A stretch of DNA of 64,000 nucleotides from Oscillospiraceae bacterium (GTDB taxonomy: Bacteria > Bacillota > Clostridia > UBA1212 > UBA1255), in NCBI GenBank assembly GCA_015069165.1, contig SVJD01000002.1:65385-129384 (forward strand), given 5' to 3'. Shown in pieces: positions 47,048-57,556 of this stretch. Under the pieces are notes generated by a model. The model had not been told where the DNA came from. It made no database searches and saw only the letters and a list, made by a program, of their open reading frames with translations. Each line of letters begins with the position of its first letter. The stretch's first letter is position 1. Made by a program: the position numbers and the translations under genes.

Positions 47048-48436
47048 ATGTATCGTCACGATTATGATTCTACATTGGCGCAATACGGTGATTTCATAAA
47101 AAATATGTCAGATACTGCAGTCGCAAAAGACACATTTAATCCTGAGCTTTACGGTAAATACAATGTAAAGAGAGGATTGAGAAATGCTGACAATACGGGT
47201 GTATTGGTAGGACTTACAAGTATAGGCGACGTACGTGCTTATATTATAGAAGAAAATGAAAAAGTGCCCATTGACGGTAAACTTTTATACAGAGGTATAA
47301 GTGTAGAAGATTTGGCAAATGGTTTTGAAAAAGACCACCGTTTTGGTTTTGAAGAAACAGCATATCTTCTTATTACCGGAAAATTGCCTACAGCGCAGGA
47401 ATTGAGTCAGTTCAACGGACTTTTGGACGATTACAGAAGACTTCCCGAAGGTTTTGCTGAGGATATGATAATGAAAGCACCCAGCAGAGATATTATGAAT
47501 AAGTTGGCACGCTGTATTTTGGCGTCATATTCTTATGACTTTAATCCCGACGATGTTTCATATAACAATGTTATGCGTCAGTGCATAAGATTGATTGCAC
47601 AGATGCCTACAATGGCAGCGTACGCATATCAAACAAGAAGTCACTACTATTATGACGAAAGTCTTTATATTCACAATCCTCAAAAAGGACTTTCAACATC
47701 GGAGAACTTCTTGCAGATGATTCGTCCCGACAGTAAATATACACAGCTTGAGGCTGAATCTCTCGACCTTGCTCTTGTTTTGCATGCGGAACACGGCGGC
47801 GGAAACAACTCTACTTTCACAGTTCATGTTGTTACTTCTACGGGAACAGATACTTATTCCGCATTTGCTGCAGCAACAGGTTCGTTAAAAGGTCCGAAGC
47901 ACGGCGGAGCAAATCATCGCGTTATGGAAATGATAAACGATATAAAAGAACATATCACAGACACAAAAGACAAAGGTCAGATAAAGGATTATCTTATAAA
48001 GATTCTTGATAAACAAGCGTACGACAAATCGGGACTTATTTACGGTATTGGACACGCAGTTTATACAAAATCTGACCCGAGAGCAAGACTTTTAAAGAAA
48101 AAAGCCAGAGAACTTGCGTACTCAATGGGACAAAAGTGGATTGATGAGTTCGAATTCTACAATACAGTTGAAGAATTGGCACCTAAAGCTTTTGAGGAAT
48201 ACAAAAAATCATCAAAAGTTATGTGCGCAAACGTAGACTTTTATTCGGGTTTTGTTTACACAATGCTTAATATCCCAAAAGAGTTGTACACACCTATTTT
48301 TGCTATTTCAAGAATGGCAGGTTGGAGTGCTCACAGACTTGAAGAACTTGCCGTAAGCAACAGAATAATAAGACCTGCGTATAAGAATGTAGGCGGCAAA
48401 CAGCAATATATTGCATTGTCAGAGAGAAATAATTGA
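47048..48436 (+). CDS. Citrate synthase
   Basis: GGAGGA RBS. Signature GIGHAVYTKSDPR plus HAEHGGGNNSTF. Confidence 0.85.
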   Translation: MYRHDYDSTLAQYGDFIKNMSDTAVAKDTFNPELYGKYNVKRGLRNADNTGVLVGLTSIGDVRAYIIEENEKVPIDGKLLYRGISVEDLANGFEKDHRFGFEETAYLLITGKLPTAQELSQFNGLLDDYRRLPEGFAEDMIMKAPSRDIMNKLARCILASYSYDFNPDDVSYNNVMRQCIRLIAQMPTMAAYAYQTRSHYYYDESLYIHNPQKGLSTSENFLQMIRPDSKYTQLEAESLDLALVLHAEHGGGNNSTFTVHVVTSTGTDTYSAFAAATGSLKGPKHGGANHRVMEMINDIKEHITDTKDKGQIKDYLIKILDKQAYDKSGLIYGIGHAVYTKSDPRARLLKKKARELAYSMGQKWIDEFEFYNTVEELAPKAFEEYKKSSKVMCANVDFYSGFVYTMLNIPKELYTPIFAISRMAGWSAHRLEELAVSNRIIRPAYKNVGGKQQYIALSERNN

Positions 48437-48460
48437 TTATAAATTAAGGAGATGCTTGTA

Positions 48461-50884
48461 ATGAAAGAAAAAATATATGAGTACAGACCGTCTGACATAG
48501 AGAAAAAATGGCAGAAAATCTGGGAAGACGATAAAGCATTCGAGGCAGTTATAGATAAAAGCAAAAAGAAATTTTACGGTTTGATTGAGTTTCCTTATCC
48601 TTCGGGAAACGGACTCCACGTAGGTCATCCGCGTTCAAATACTGCTATGGATATAATTGCAAGAAAGCGCCGTCTTGAGGGATATAATGTAATCTTCCCG
48701 ATAGGTTGGGATGCTTTCGGACTTCCTGCAGAGAACTTTGCTATTAAAAATAAAGTGCATCCCGCAACAGTTACGGAGAAAAACGTTGCACACTTTAAAG
48801 AGCAACTTAAAAAAATAGGTTTTTCTTTTGACTGGTCAAAAGAAATAAATACAACAGATCCTGCTTACTATAAATGGACACAGTGGATTTTCCTTAAATT
48901 GTTCGAAAAAGGACTTGCTTATAAAGCAGAGATTCCGATAAACTGGTGCACAGAGTGTAAGGTAGGTCTTGCAAATGAAGAAGTTGTAAACGGCGTTTGC
49001 GAGCGTTGCGGCGGAGAAGTAATAAGAAAAGTTAAATCACAATGGATGCTTAAAATTACAGATTACGCACAAAAGCTTCTTGACGGACTTGACAATGTTG
49101 ACTTCATTGAAAAAGTTAAAACTCAGCAGCGTAACTGGATAGGCAGAAGCGAAGGTGCAGAGGTAGATTTTAAAGTTCCTGCAATGGGCGGAACTCTTAC
49201 AGTTTACACAACACGTCCCGATACGCTTTTCGGCGCAACATATATGGTTGTTTCTCCCGAACATCCGGCTATCGAGCAGTTGAAAGATAAAATCGAAAAT
49301 TACGATGAAGTTTTGGAATATAAAGCTGCGGCAGCAAAAAAATCCGATTTCGAGCGTACGGAAATGGCAAAAGACAAGACCGGTGTGCCGCTTAAAGGAA
49401 TTACAGCAATAAACCCCGTAAACAATAAAGAAATTCCTATTTGGATTTCCGATTACGTTTTGATTTCTTACGGAACGGGAGCTATTATGGCTGTACCTGC
49501 TCACGATGACAGAGACTGGGCGTTTGCAAAAAAATTCGGTTTGCCGATTATAGAAGTAGTTCAAGGCGGAGATGTTCAGAATGCGCCGTATACAGATATT
49601 GAAAGCGGTATAATGACAAATTCACAATTCTTGGACGGCTTGAGCGTAGCAGAAGCTAAAAAGACAATAATTGATTGGCTTGACAGTAAAGGTTTCGGAC
49701 ACCGCAAAGTAAATTATAAGCTTCGTGACTGGGTATTCAGCAGACAAAGATATTGGGGAGAGCCTATTCCGCTCGTATATTGTGAACATTGCGGATGGGT
49801 GCCTGTTCCGGAAAAAGAGCTTCCCGTAAAATTGCCTGACATTGAAAACTATGTACAGACAGACAGCGGTGAATCTCCGCTTGTAAATGTACCGGAGTGG
49901 GTAAACACAACTTGCCCCAAATGCGGAGCTCCGGCTAAAAGAGAAACAGACACAATGCCTCAATGGGCAGGTTCGTCATGGTATTTTATAAGATACTGCG
50001 ATCCGCTCAATTCAGAGGAATTGATATCAAAAGAGGCTATGGATTACTGGATGCCTGTTGATTGGTACAACGGCGGAATGGAGCATACTACACTTCACTT
50101 GTTGTATTCCAGATTCTGGCATAAATTCCTTTATGATGCAGGCATTATTTCTTGTCCTGAGCCGTATATTAAGAGAACTTCACACGGTATGATTTTGGGC
50201 GAAAACGGCGAGAAAATGTCTAAATCACGCGGTAATGTTATAAATCCTGATGACATAGTAGCTGAAATCGGTGCAGATGCATTCCGTGTATACGAAATGT
50301 TCATGGGAGCATTCGACCAAGCTATTCCGTGGTCCACAAAAGGTGCGAGAGGATGTTTCAGATTCCTTGACAGAGTGTGGAAACTCCAAGACATTCTTAC
50401 AGACGAAGACGGAATGTCAGACGAACTCAAACCTGCAGTTCACACTACAATAAAGAAAGTTACTGAAGACTACGAAAAAATGAAATTCAATACGGCTATT
50501 GCTGCAATGATGTCATTGGTAAATGATATTTATGCTTACGGCAAAGTTACACGCGATGAACTTCGTGCGTTGTTATTGTTGTTAAACCCTGCAGCACCTC
50601 ATATCACAGAGGAAATTTGGCAGATTCAGAAACTTTCCGACAAGCCGATTTATAAGTCAGAATGGCCTGCTTATGATGAAAAAGCTATGGCGAAATCAGA
50701 AGTTGAAGTAGCTGTTCAGATTTGCGGTAAAGTGAAAATGAAATTGATGGTACCGTCTGAATACGGAAAAGAAGAGACAGAGAAATTTGCTCTTGAAAAT
50801 GCAGATGTTCAGGCGCTTATAGCTGGTAAACCGGTTCGCAAAATAATTGCAGTACCCGGCAGAATCGTTAATATAGTTATATAA
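48461..50884 (+). CDS. leuS: Leucine--tRNA ligase
   Basis: HIGH-type motif (LHVGHPRS), KMSKS (GEKMSKSRGN) and a CP1 editing domain. Confidence 0.95.
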   Translation: MKEKIYEYRPSDIEKKWQKIWEDDKAFEAVIDKSKKKFYGLIEFPYPSGNGLHVGHPRSNTAMDIIARKRRLEGYNVIFPIGWDAFGLPAENFAIKNKVHPATVTEKNVAHFKEQLKKIGFSFDWSKEINTTDPAYYKWTQWIFLKLFEKGLAYKAEIPINWCTECKVGLANEEVVNGVCERCGGEVIRKVKSQWMLKITDYAQKLLDGLDNVDFIEKVKTQQRNWIGRSEGAEVDFKVPAMGGTLTVYTTRPDTLFGATYMVVSPEHPAIEQLKDKIENYDEVLEYKAAAAKKSDFERTEMAKDKTGVPLKGITAINPVNNKEIPIWISDYVLISYGTGAIMAVPAHDDRDWAFAKKFGLPIIEVVQGGDVQNAPYTDIESGIMTNSQFLDGLSVAEAKKTIIDWLDSKGFGHRKVNYKLRDWVFSRQRYWGEPIPLVYCEHCGWVPVPEKELPVKLPDIENYVQTDSGESPLVNVPEWVNTTCPKCGAPAKRETDTMPQWAGSSWYFIRYCDPLNSEELISKEAMDYWMPVDWYNGGMEHTTLHLLYSRFWHKFLYDAGIISCPEPYIKRTSHGMILGENGEKMSKSRGNVINPDDIVAEIGADAFRVYEMFMGAFDQAIPWSTKGARGCFRFLDRVWKLQDILTDEDGMSDELKPAVHTTIKKVTEDYEKMKFNTAIAAMMSLVNDIYAYGKVTRDELRALLLLLNPAAPHITEEIWQIQKLSDKPIYKSEWPAYDEKAMAKSEVEVAVQICGKVKMKLMVPSEYGKEETEKFALENADVQALIAGKPVRKIIAVPGRIVNIVI

Positions 50885-50901
50885 AAAGAGGAGAAATTCA
50901 A

Positions 50902-52629
50902 ATGAATTATAAAAAAGCAGCAGCACAAATAATTGCCAATGCAATGAATTCTGAAGACTTAACTATAGAGCAAGCAGAAAAACTTATGGCAGTACCGCCG
51001 AATCCTGAAATGGGAGATGCGGCATTTCCGTGTTTTACACTTGCAAAAACATTCCGTAAAGCACCCCCTGCAATAGCGGCGGAGCTTTGCGAGAAAGTTT
51101 CGGAGGCTGTTTCAAACAGCGATTTGTTTGAAAAAGTTGCTGCTATGGGCGGTTATTTGAATTTTTATCTGAAACACGGGGCTTTTGCTAAAGAAGTAGT
51201 TTCTGAAGTTCTTGAAAAAGGCGAGGATTACGGAAAGTCAAACGAGGGCGAAGGTAAAAAAGTTTTGGTGGAGTTTTCTTCTCCCAATATTGCAAAGCCT
51301 TTCCATATAGGACACCTTGTAACCACTGCTTTGGGAAGCTCTTTGGAGAGAATTTATTCGTTCTTGGGTTATGATACGGTAAAAATTAACCATTTGGGCG
51401 ATTGGGGAACTCAATTCGGCAAACTTATAAGCGCATATAAAAGATGGGGAGATGCTGAAACTATAGAGGCAGATCCCATAAATGAGCTTTTAAAGATATA
51501 CGTTAAATTCCACACAGAGGCAGAAAAGGCTCCTGAATTGGAAGACGAAGCAAGAGCGTATTTTAAAATGCTTGAAGATGGCGACGAAGAAATTACAAAG
51601 CTTTGGAAATTCTTTGTAGATGCAAGCTTGAAAGAATTCAATAAGACTTATAAGCTTCTTGATATTACATTTGATTCTTATGCGGGCGAAAGCTTTTATT
51701 CCGATAAAATGCCGGAAATCGTAGAGCTTCTCCAAGAGAAAAAGCTTCTTGAAGAAAGCGACGGCGCGCAAGTAGTACGTTTCGAAGACGAAAATGTACC
51801 TCCGTGCATTATTTTGAAATCGGACGGAACTACTATTTATGCAACACGTGATTTGGCTGCAGCTTTGTATAGAAAAAGAACGTATGATTTCTACAAAAAC
51901 ATTTATGTAGTAGGTACACCCCAAGCACTTCATTTTAAACAAATTTTTTCCGTTTTGAATAAAATGGGGTATACTTGGTCTGATGATTGTGTTCACGTAG
52001 GATTCGGATATGTTCGTTTCCCCGATAAAGTATTGTCTACACGTCACGGAGATGTAGTGTTCTTGGAAGATGTACTTCGTGAATCTATTGAAAAAACGAA
52101 AGAAATCATCAAAAACAGTGCTACAAGCAAAAACATTGATAACATTGATGAAGTTTCGGAAAAAATCGGTGTAGGCGCTATTTTGTATTCGTTCCTCAAA
52201 AACGGACGTGAAAAAGATATTGTATTTACTTGGAAAGATATTCTTGACTTTGAAGGTGAGTCAGGTCCGTACGTACAATACGCTTATGCAAGAGGAAGAA
52301 GCGTTTTGAGAAAAGCAACCGAGAATGGAATTAACTATTCATCTGCGGATTTGTCTTTGCTTGAAGGAAACGATGAGTTTGAATTGATAAAACTTATTAA
52401 CTCTTTTGAAGATGTTGTTCGTGATGCCGCAAATAAAAACGAACCTTGTTGCGTAACGAGATATGTAACAGAACTTGCGCAGATGTTCAATAAGTTTTAC
52501 AATACATGTAACATTATGAAATCAGAAGATGCACTCAGGGATGCAAGGTTAAAACTTACTGAAGCTGTTTGCATTTGTATTAAATCTGCATTGTATCTTA
52601 TCGGAGTAAGAGTTGTAGAGAAGATGTAA
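50902..52629 (+). CDS. argS: Arginine--tRNA ligase
   Basis: FSSPNIAKPFHIGHL (HIGH) and a C-terminal DALR-type anticodon-binding region ending ...RVVEKM. Confidence 0.9.
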   Translation: MNYKKAAAQIIANAMNSEDLTIEQAEKLMAVPPNPEMGDAAFPCFTLAKTFRKAPPAIAAELCEKVSEAVSNSDLFEKVAAMGGYLNFYLKHGAFAKEVVSEVLEKGEDYGKSNEGEGKKVLVEFSSPNIAKPFHIGHLVTTALGSSLERIYSFLGYDTVKINHLGDWGTQFGKLISAYKRWGDAETIEADPINELLKIYVKFHTEAEKAPELEDEARAYFKMLEDGDEEITKLWKFFVDASLKEFNKTYKLLDITFDSYAGESFYSDKMPEIVELLQEKKLLEESDGAQVVRFEDENVPPCIILKSDGTTIYATRDLAAALYRKRTYDFYKNIYVVGTPQALHFKQIFSVLNKMGYTWSDDCVHVGFGYVRFPDKVLSTRHGDVVFLEDVLRESIEKTKEIIKNSATSKNIDNIDEVSEKIGVGAILYSFLKNGREKDIVFTWKDILDFEGESGPYVQYAYARGRSVLRKATENGINYSSADLSLLEGNDEFELIKLINSFEDVVRDAANKNEPCCVTRYVTELAQMFNKFYNTCNIMKSEDALRDARLKLTEAVCICIKSALYLIGVRVVEKM

Positions 52630-52651
52630 TCTTTTATTACGGAGTGGTAAT

Positions 52652-53473
52652 ATGGAAGAGAAAAAGAATCTTTGGACACAAAAAAAGAAAAAAATTATTC
52701 TTTTGATTGCTGCAGTTATGGTGCTTGTTTTTGCTGTGTCTTTTATAAGCTATTTTAAAGTTGAAGAAGAAAAAAAAGAGGAAGAATTTAAGCCTTATGA
52801 CTCTATGTACAATGCGTCGAGATACTTTTTCCGTGTGTTCTATCCTGATAATTGGGATGTTTCGGCAGAACCTTACGGCTTTTTGCTTAATGAAGAAGGG
52901 CTTGTACTTGAACTTTTTCCTCTAAAGAAAATTTCGCAAACACCCGAAGCTACTGCCGAATTGACACCGACTCCTTCACCGACACCTGAAAATACGGCTT
53001 CGGCTACGGTAGATCCCAGAGCCGGAATGGAGAGAGATACTTCTCTCACCGTAAAGATTTATTATAAAGAATATGGCGATATTGCAGAAAAAATAAAGTC
53101 TGACAGTGAGGATGTGAGTACATCTGTACCTACAGCAGTCCCTACAGGCACAGAGCCGGCAAAGCCTACTCCGCAAGTGAAATTGCTTGATTTGGCAGAT
53201 TATATATTTGAAAATCATAAAAAAGAGCACGAAAATTTAAATTATGAGTATATAGCGCCCAAACATTTCAACGGTGCCTCAGTCGAATTTTGCAGTTTGC
53301 CGTATACTTATGTAAAAGATGATTTGAAAATGACAGGCGAAATTTATGTTGCTAATCGTGCTATGGTGTATTATATAATCACTGTAGAAGGAACGAATGC
53401 TGCTTTTGAAACAAACAGTAAAGTAGTAAGTAACATAATTCATAATTTGAAGTTTTCTGTGTTTGATTATTAA
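52652..53473 (+). CDS. Hypothetical membrane-anchored protein with Pro/Thr-rich linkers
   Basis: One N-terminal TM helix. Two PT-rich linkers (TPTPSPTPENT, VPTAVPTGTEPAKPTP). Confidence 0.5.
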   Translation: MEEKKNLWTQKKKKIILLIAAVMVLVFAVSFISYFKVEEEKKEEEFKPYDSMYNASRYFFRVFYPDNWDVSAEPYGFLLNEEGLVLELFPLKKISQTPEATAELTPTPSPTPENTASATVDPRAGMERDTSLTVKIYYKEYGDIAEKIKSDSEDVSTSVPTAVPTGTEPAKPTPQVKLLDLADYIFENHKKEHENLNYEYIAPKHFNGASVEFCSLPYTYVKDDLKMTGEIYVANRAMVYYIITVEGTNAAFETNSKVVSNIIHNLKFSVFDY

Positions 53474-53474
53474 T

Positions 53475-54113
53475 ATGACAGAGAATATGAATGTTTCAAA
53501 ATTAAAAATTGCCGATAAAGCCAATGTAATTTTTTTGGCAATACAAAAAGCCGAGGGATTATCTTATTGTGATTTCTATGCATTTGAGAAAAAAGCAGGA
53601 AAATGGCAACCGGTTTTTAAAACAGATGGTTTTATGGGAGCAAACGGTATAAAGGAGCCTTTGACAAGAACAGAAGGAGATGCTACTACGCCTGCAGGAG
53701 TTTATTCTTTCGGGATGCTTTTCGGCATAAAAGATGCACCCGGAAATTTAAAAAAATCCTATAAGAAACTTGATGAAGATGATTATTGGGATGGCGATAC
53801 AAATTCAGATACATATAACAAATATGTAAAATGCAGCACAATGCCAAAATATTGGAATCAGGCGGCATCGGAACATTTAATTGATTATAAAGAATCATAT
53901 AACTATGCGGCACAAATAAAGTTTAATGAAAATCCTACGGTAAAGGGAAAAGGTTCAGCGATATTTTTGCACTGCATAAGAAACGGCAGTACGAGTACTG
54001 CGGGGTGTATTTCGATTCCCGAAGACAAAATGTTTATGGCTTTAAAAATGATTGATGATGATTCTTTTGTTGTGATAGTAAAAGAGGAAGAAGAACTCGC
54101 AAAATATTTTTAA
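53475..54113 (+). CDS. L,D-transpeptidase catalytic-domain (YkuD-like) protein
   Basis: C-terminal GSAIFLHCIRNGSTSTAGCISIP matches the H-x(n)-[ST]-x-G-C active site. No obvious signal peptide. Confidence 0.6.
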   Translation: MTENMNVSKLKIADKANVIFLAIQKAEGLSYCDFYAFEKKAGKWQPVFKTDGFMGANGIKEPLTRTEGDATTPAGVYSFGMLFGIKDAPGNLKKSYKKLDEDDYWDGDTNSDTYNKYVKCSTMPKYWNQAASEHLIDYKESYNYAAQIKFNENPTVKGKGSAIFLHCIRNGSTSTAGCISIPEDKMFMALKMIDDDSFVVIVKEEEELAKYF

Positions 54114-54199
54114 AAGACAAAAAAGGGTTTTCGCGAACAATGTCGTATAATAGAATAGCGATTTAAAAATCGTTGCAACTCGGAAAGGTGCGAAAGAAA

Positions 54200-56041
54200 G
54201 TGATTTCACAACAACAAATCGACGAAATTATCGAAAGAAATGATATTGGCGATGTTATCGGCGAGTATGTTAAATTAGAGCGCAAAGGAAGCGGCTACAG
54301 CGGACTTTGTCCTTTCCACAATGAAAAAACTCCTTCTTTTTCCGTACATGAGGGCAAACAGATTTTTAAATGCTTTGGTTGCGGTGCGGGCGGCAATGTT
54401 GTGAATTTTATAATGCGTGCAGAGAATTTAAGTTATCCCGAGGCACTTGAGTTTTTGGCAGAAAGAGCCGGCATAACTTTAGAAAAAAGTATAAGCAAGG
54501 CACAAGAAGAAAAAAATAAAATCAAAAACGACATAATTACCGTAAACAAACTTGCAGCGAGATTTTTTTACGACACATTGAAAAAATCTCCCGCAGCACA
54601 GAAATACTTATTCGACAGAGGGATAAGAGCAGAAACAGTAAAACAGTTCGGGCTTGGCTATGCACCTGACAGTTGGGACGCGCTGTATAAGCACTTTGAA
54701 AACAACCGTATAGCACCTGATATTAAACTCCTTGAAAAAGCAGGACTTGTAACAGCCAGAAAGGATAAGCCGGGGTGTTACGATAAATTCCGAAACAGGG
54801 TTATTTTTCCTATATTTGACGTACAAGGAAATGTAATAGCATTTGGCGGTAGGGTAATGGATGATTCATTGCCCAAATACTTAAACTCTCCTGAAACGGC
54901 AGCGTACAGTAAGGGCAACAACTTATACGCTTTAAACGTGGCAAAAAAGGCTCAATCAGACAGGGTTATTATAGTGGAAGGGTACATGGATTGCATTGCA
55001 CTTCACAAGGCCGGTATAAATTGGGCTGTCGCGTCGCTGGGTACTGCACTTACGCAAGCGCAAGCAAAACTTTTAAAGAAATACTTTAATGAGGTTATTA
55101 TCGGTTATGATGCAGACAGTGCCGGACAGAAAGCCACTATGAGAGGATTAGACATATTGGCACAGGCGGGATTCAGAGTAAGGGTTTTGTCGCTTGCAGA
55201 TGTGGATAAAAATGTAAAAGATCCTGATGAGTTTTTAAGGAAACACAGCGTTGATGATTTTTTGAAAGCCGTAGATTTGTCAAAATCTCTCGTTGAGTAT
55301 AAAATCAGCAAAATTGCAGAGAAATATCCTGTGACAGTTTTGGAGTCCAAAGCAATGTTTTTAAAAGCTTCTATGCAAGTACTTGCAGGCATAACAAGTG
55401 CTTCGGAGAAAGATTTGTATGCTGATTGGTTTGCAAAGAAATACAATATATCAAAGGAAGCACTTCTTTCGGAAATGGAAGCATTGCAAAACGGAGATTA
55501 CGTTGCGAAAGCAGATACGGTTACAAGAAGAATTAAGAAAGCTTCGGGAGTTGATTCTGTTGACGGTGCAAACGCCGAAAGTCATAGTAAAACCCCTGAG
55601 GAAATAAAATTGGACAAGCATATCAAAACCTTAATCATTCTTATGAGTGAAGATAAAAAGGTTATGGAAAAATATTACAAAAAGGTGTATGATATTGCTG
55701 ATTCCGATACAAATAAATTGTTATTGGAAAAATTAAAGTCAAGATATGACAATTTGAGTAAAACCGGACCGGAAGCAATACTTGCCGACGCGGCAGATCA
55801 ATCCGATGACGAAGTAAGAGTGCTTACGGATTTAATCAGCAAGTGGATGAGACCTCCGGATATTCAGGCGGCGTGTGAAACGCTTGTTAAAAATTGCATA
55901 ATTATAAATTGCGAAAGAAAAATTGCTTGCATAAATGAAATTTTGAGGAATACGGAGCTGACTTCAGAAGAACGAACAGCACTTTTAAAAGAAACTGCAG
56001 CTATTATCGAAGAAAGGAAGAAATACAAAAATGGCAACTAA
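54200..56041 (+). CDS. dnaG: DNA primase
   Basis: Zinc-ribbon [13 protein letters not shown]...[11 protein letters not shown], Toprim EGYMD...GYDADSAG. The GTG at 54200 gives a canonical N-terminus ([19 protein letters not shown]); the TTG at 54173 is an alternative start. Confidence 0.9.
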   Translation: MISQQQIDEIIERNDIGDVIGEYVKLERKGSGYSGLCPFHNEKTPSFSVHEGKQIFKCFGCGAGGNVVNFIMRAENLSYPEALEFLAERAGITLEKSISKAQEEKNKIKNDIITVNKLAARFFYDTLKKSPAAQKYLFDRGIRAETVKQFGLGYAPDSWDALYKHFENNRIAPDIKLLEKAGLVTARKDKPGCYDKFRNRVIFPIFDVQGNVIAFGGRVMDDSLPKYLNSPETAAYSKGNNLYALNVAKKAQSDRVIIVEGYMDCIALHKAGINWAVASLGTALTQAQAKLLKKYFNEVIIGYDADSAGQKATMRGLDILAQAGFRVRVLSLADVDKNVKDPDEFLRKHSVDDFLKAVDLSKSLVEYKISKIAEKYPVTVLESKAMFLKASMQVLAGITSASEKDLYADWFAKKYNISKEALLSEMEALQNGDYVAKADTVTRRIKKASGVDSVDGANAESHSKTPEEIKLDKHIKTLIILMSEDKKVMEKYYKKVYDIADSDTNKLLLEKLKSRYDNLSKTGPEAILADAADQSDDEVRVLTDLISKWMRPPDIQAACETLVKNCIIINCERKIACINEILRNTELTSEERTALLKETAAIIEERKKYKNGN

Positions 56042-57425
56042 GAAGAATGATTCAAAAGAAACAGATGATATAAAAGAACTTAAAGATGATCAGGCGGACA
56101 AAGAATATTGCGATGATTTGAAAAATAATTATGATGAAGTTTCTGATGATGAATTAGATGAGTTAGATGATTTTGACGTATTTGAAATAGAAGCTCCTGA
56201 GGATTTGGACGGAATCGAGGAAGAACCTATCGATTTTGATATAGATGTAGATGTTGATAAAGTGGATGCAATTTCTTCTGATGAAGACGACAATTTAGAA
56301 GATTACGAGGAGAATGATTTTAACTCCAATTCAATTTTGACAAAAGAGGACAAGGCTGTTTTCAATGATGAGCCGCTTATAATTGCACTTTTCGAAAAAA
56401 GCAAAATTAAAGGCTCGATGACATTTGACGAAATTAATGCCGTTCTTGATGAAACAGAGCTTGAACCTGAGATTATTGATAAAATTTATGAAGTTGCCGA
56501 AAGAGTCGGTATTGCTGTAGTAGGCGAGTACGATGTGGGAAATGCCGATGCAAACAAGCAATATGTTGAAGACCTCGAATCTCTTGCAGAAGGTGTCGGA
56601 CTTGAAGATCACGTAAGAATGTACCTTAAAGAAATCGGAAAAGTTCCCCTTCTTACAGCAGAAGAAGAGGTTGAGCTTGCTATCAGAATAGAGCATGGAG
56701 ATGAGGCTGCAAAAGATCGTCTTAATGAAGCTAACTTGAGATTGGTTGTAAGTATTGCAAAGCGTTATGTAGGTAAAGGTATGCAGTTCCTTGATCTTAT
56801 CCAAGAAGGTAATCTCGGACTTTTGAAAGCAGTTGAAAAGTTCGATTACAGAAAAGGATATAAATTCAGTACTTATGCTACGTGGTGGATTCGTCAAGCG
56901 ATAACCAGAGCAATCGCAGACCAAGCACGTACGATTCGTATCCCCGTTCATATGGTGGAAACGATTCACAAATTAGGCAGAGTTTCAAGACAACTTTCAC
57001 AGGAATTGGGAAAAGATCCGACTCCTGAACAGATTGCACTTGAAATGAATATGCCCGTAGATAAAGTTCGTGAGATTATGAAAATCTCACAAGACCCTGT
57101 ATCACTCGAAACTCCCGTAGGTGAGGAAGAGGATAGCCATATCGGAGATTTTATCCCCGATGATGATGCACCGGCACCGTCAGAAAGTGCTGCTGCGATA
57201 TTACTCAGAGAACAACTCATGGAAGTTCTCGAAACTCTCACACCGAGAGAACAGAAAGTTTTGCGTTTGCGTTTCGGTCTTGATGACGGTTGCCAAAGAA
57301 CTTTGGAAGAAGTAGGTAAAGAATTCAGCGTTACCAGAGAGCGTATAAGACAAATCGAAGCAAAAGCTTTGAGAAAACTTCGTCATCCGAGCCGCAGCAA
57401 GAAATTAAAAGATTATATCGATTAA
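56031..57425 (+). CDS. rpoD: Primary RNA polymerase sigma factor (SigA/RpoD) with a long acidic N-terminal region
   Basis: Regions 2-4 are canonical ([27 protein letters not shown]; [30 protein letters not shown]). Lies downstream of dnaG, as in the macromolecular synthesis (MMS) operon. Confidence 0.95.
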   Translation: MATKKNDSKETDDIKELKDDQADKEYCDDLKNNYDEVSDDELDELDDFDVFEIEAPEDLDGIEEEPIDFDIDVDVDKVDAISSDEDDNLEDYEENDFNSNSILTKEDKAVFNDEPLIIALFEKSKIKGSMTFDEINAVLDETELEPEIIDKIYEVAERVGIAVVGEYDVGNADANKQYVEDLESLAEGVGLEDHVRMYLKEIGKVPLLTAEEEVELAIRIEHGDEAAKDRLNEANLRLVVSIAKRYVGKGMQFLDLIQEGNLGLLKAVEKFDYRKGYKFSTYATWWIRQAITRAIADQARTIRIPVHMVETIHKLGRVSRQLSQELGKDPTPEQIALEMNMPVDKVREIMKISQDPVSLETPVGEEEDSHIGDFIPDDDAPAPSESAAAILLREQLMEVLETLTPREQKVLRLRFGLDDGCQRTLEEVGKEFSVTRERIRQIEAKALRKLRHPSRSKKLKDYID

Positions 57426-57434
57426 CAATGTGAA

Positions 57435-57454
57435 AAAAACATTTTTATGTTTTT
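57435..57454 (+). terminator. Weak AT-only hairpin after rpoD
   Basis: AAAAACAT-tttt-ATGTTTTT. The stem has a single G-C pair, so function is doubtful. Confidence 0.25.
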
Positions 57455-57556
57455 AGAAAATCGCAGATTTCTTCCCGGAATATTGAGGTCTCTTTTTGTT
57501 CTCACCCTCTCTGTTTTGGGAAGGGTCTGCGCTTAATATTAAAGAACAAAATCAAA

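Noticed and set aside
56331-56969. 212-aa minus-strand ORF
   Set aside because: It is antisense to rpoD and is a shadow ORF.
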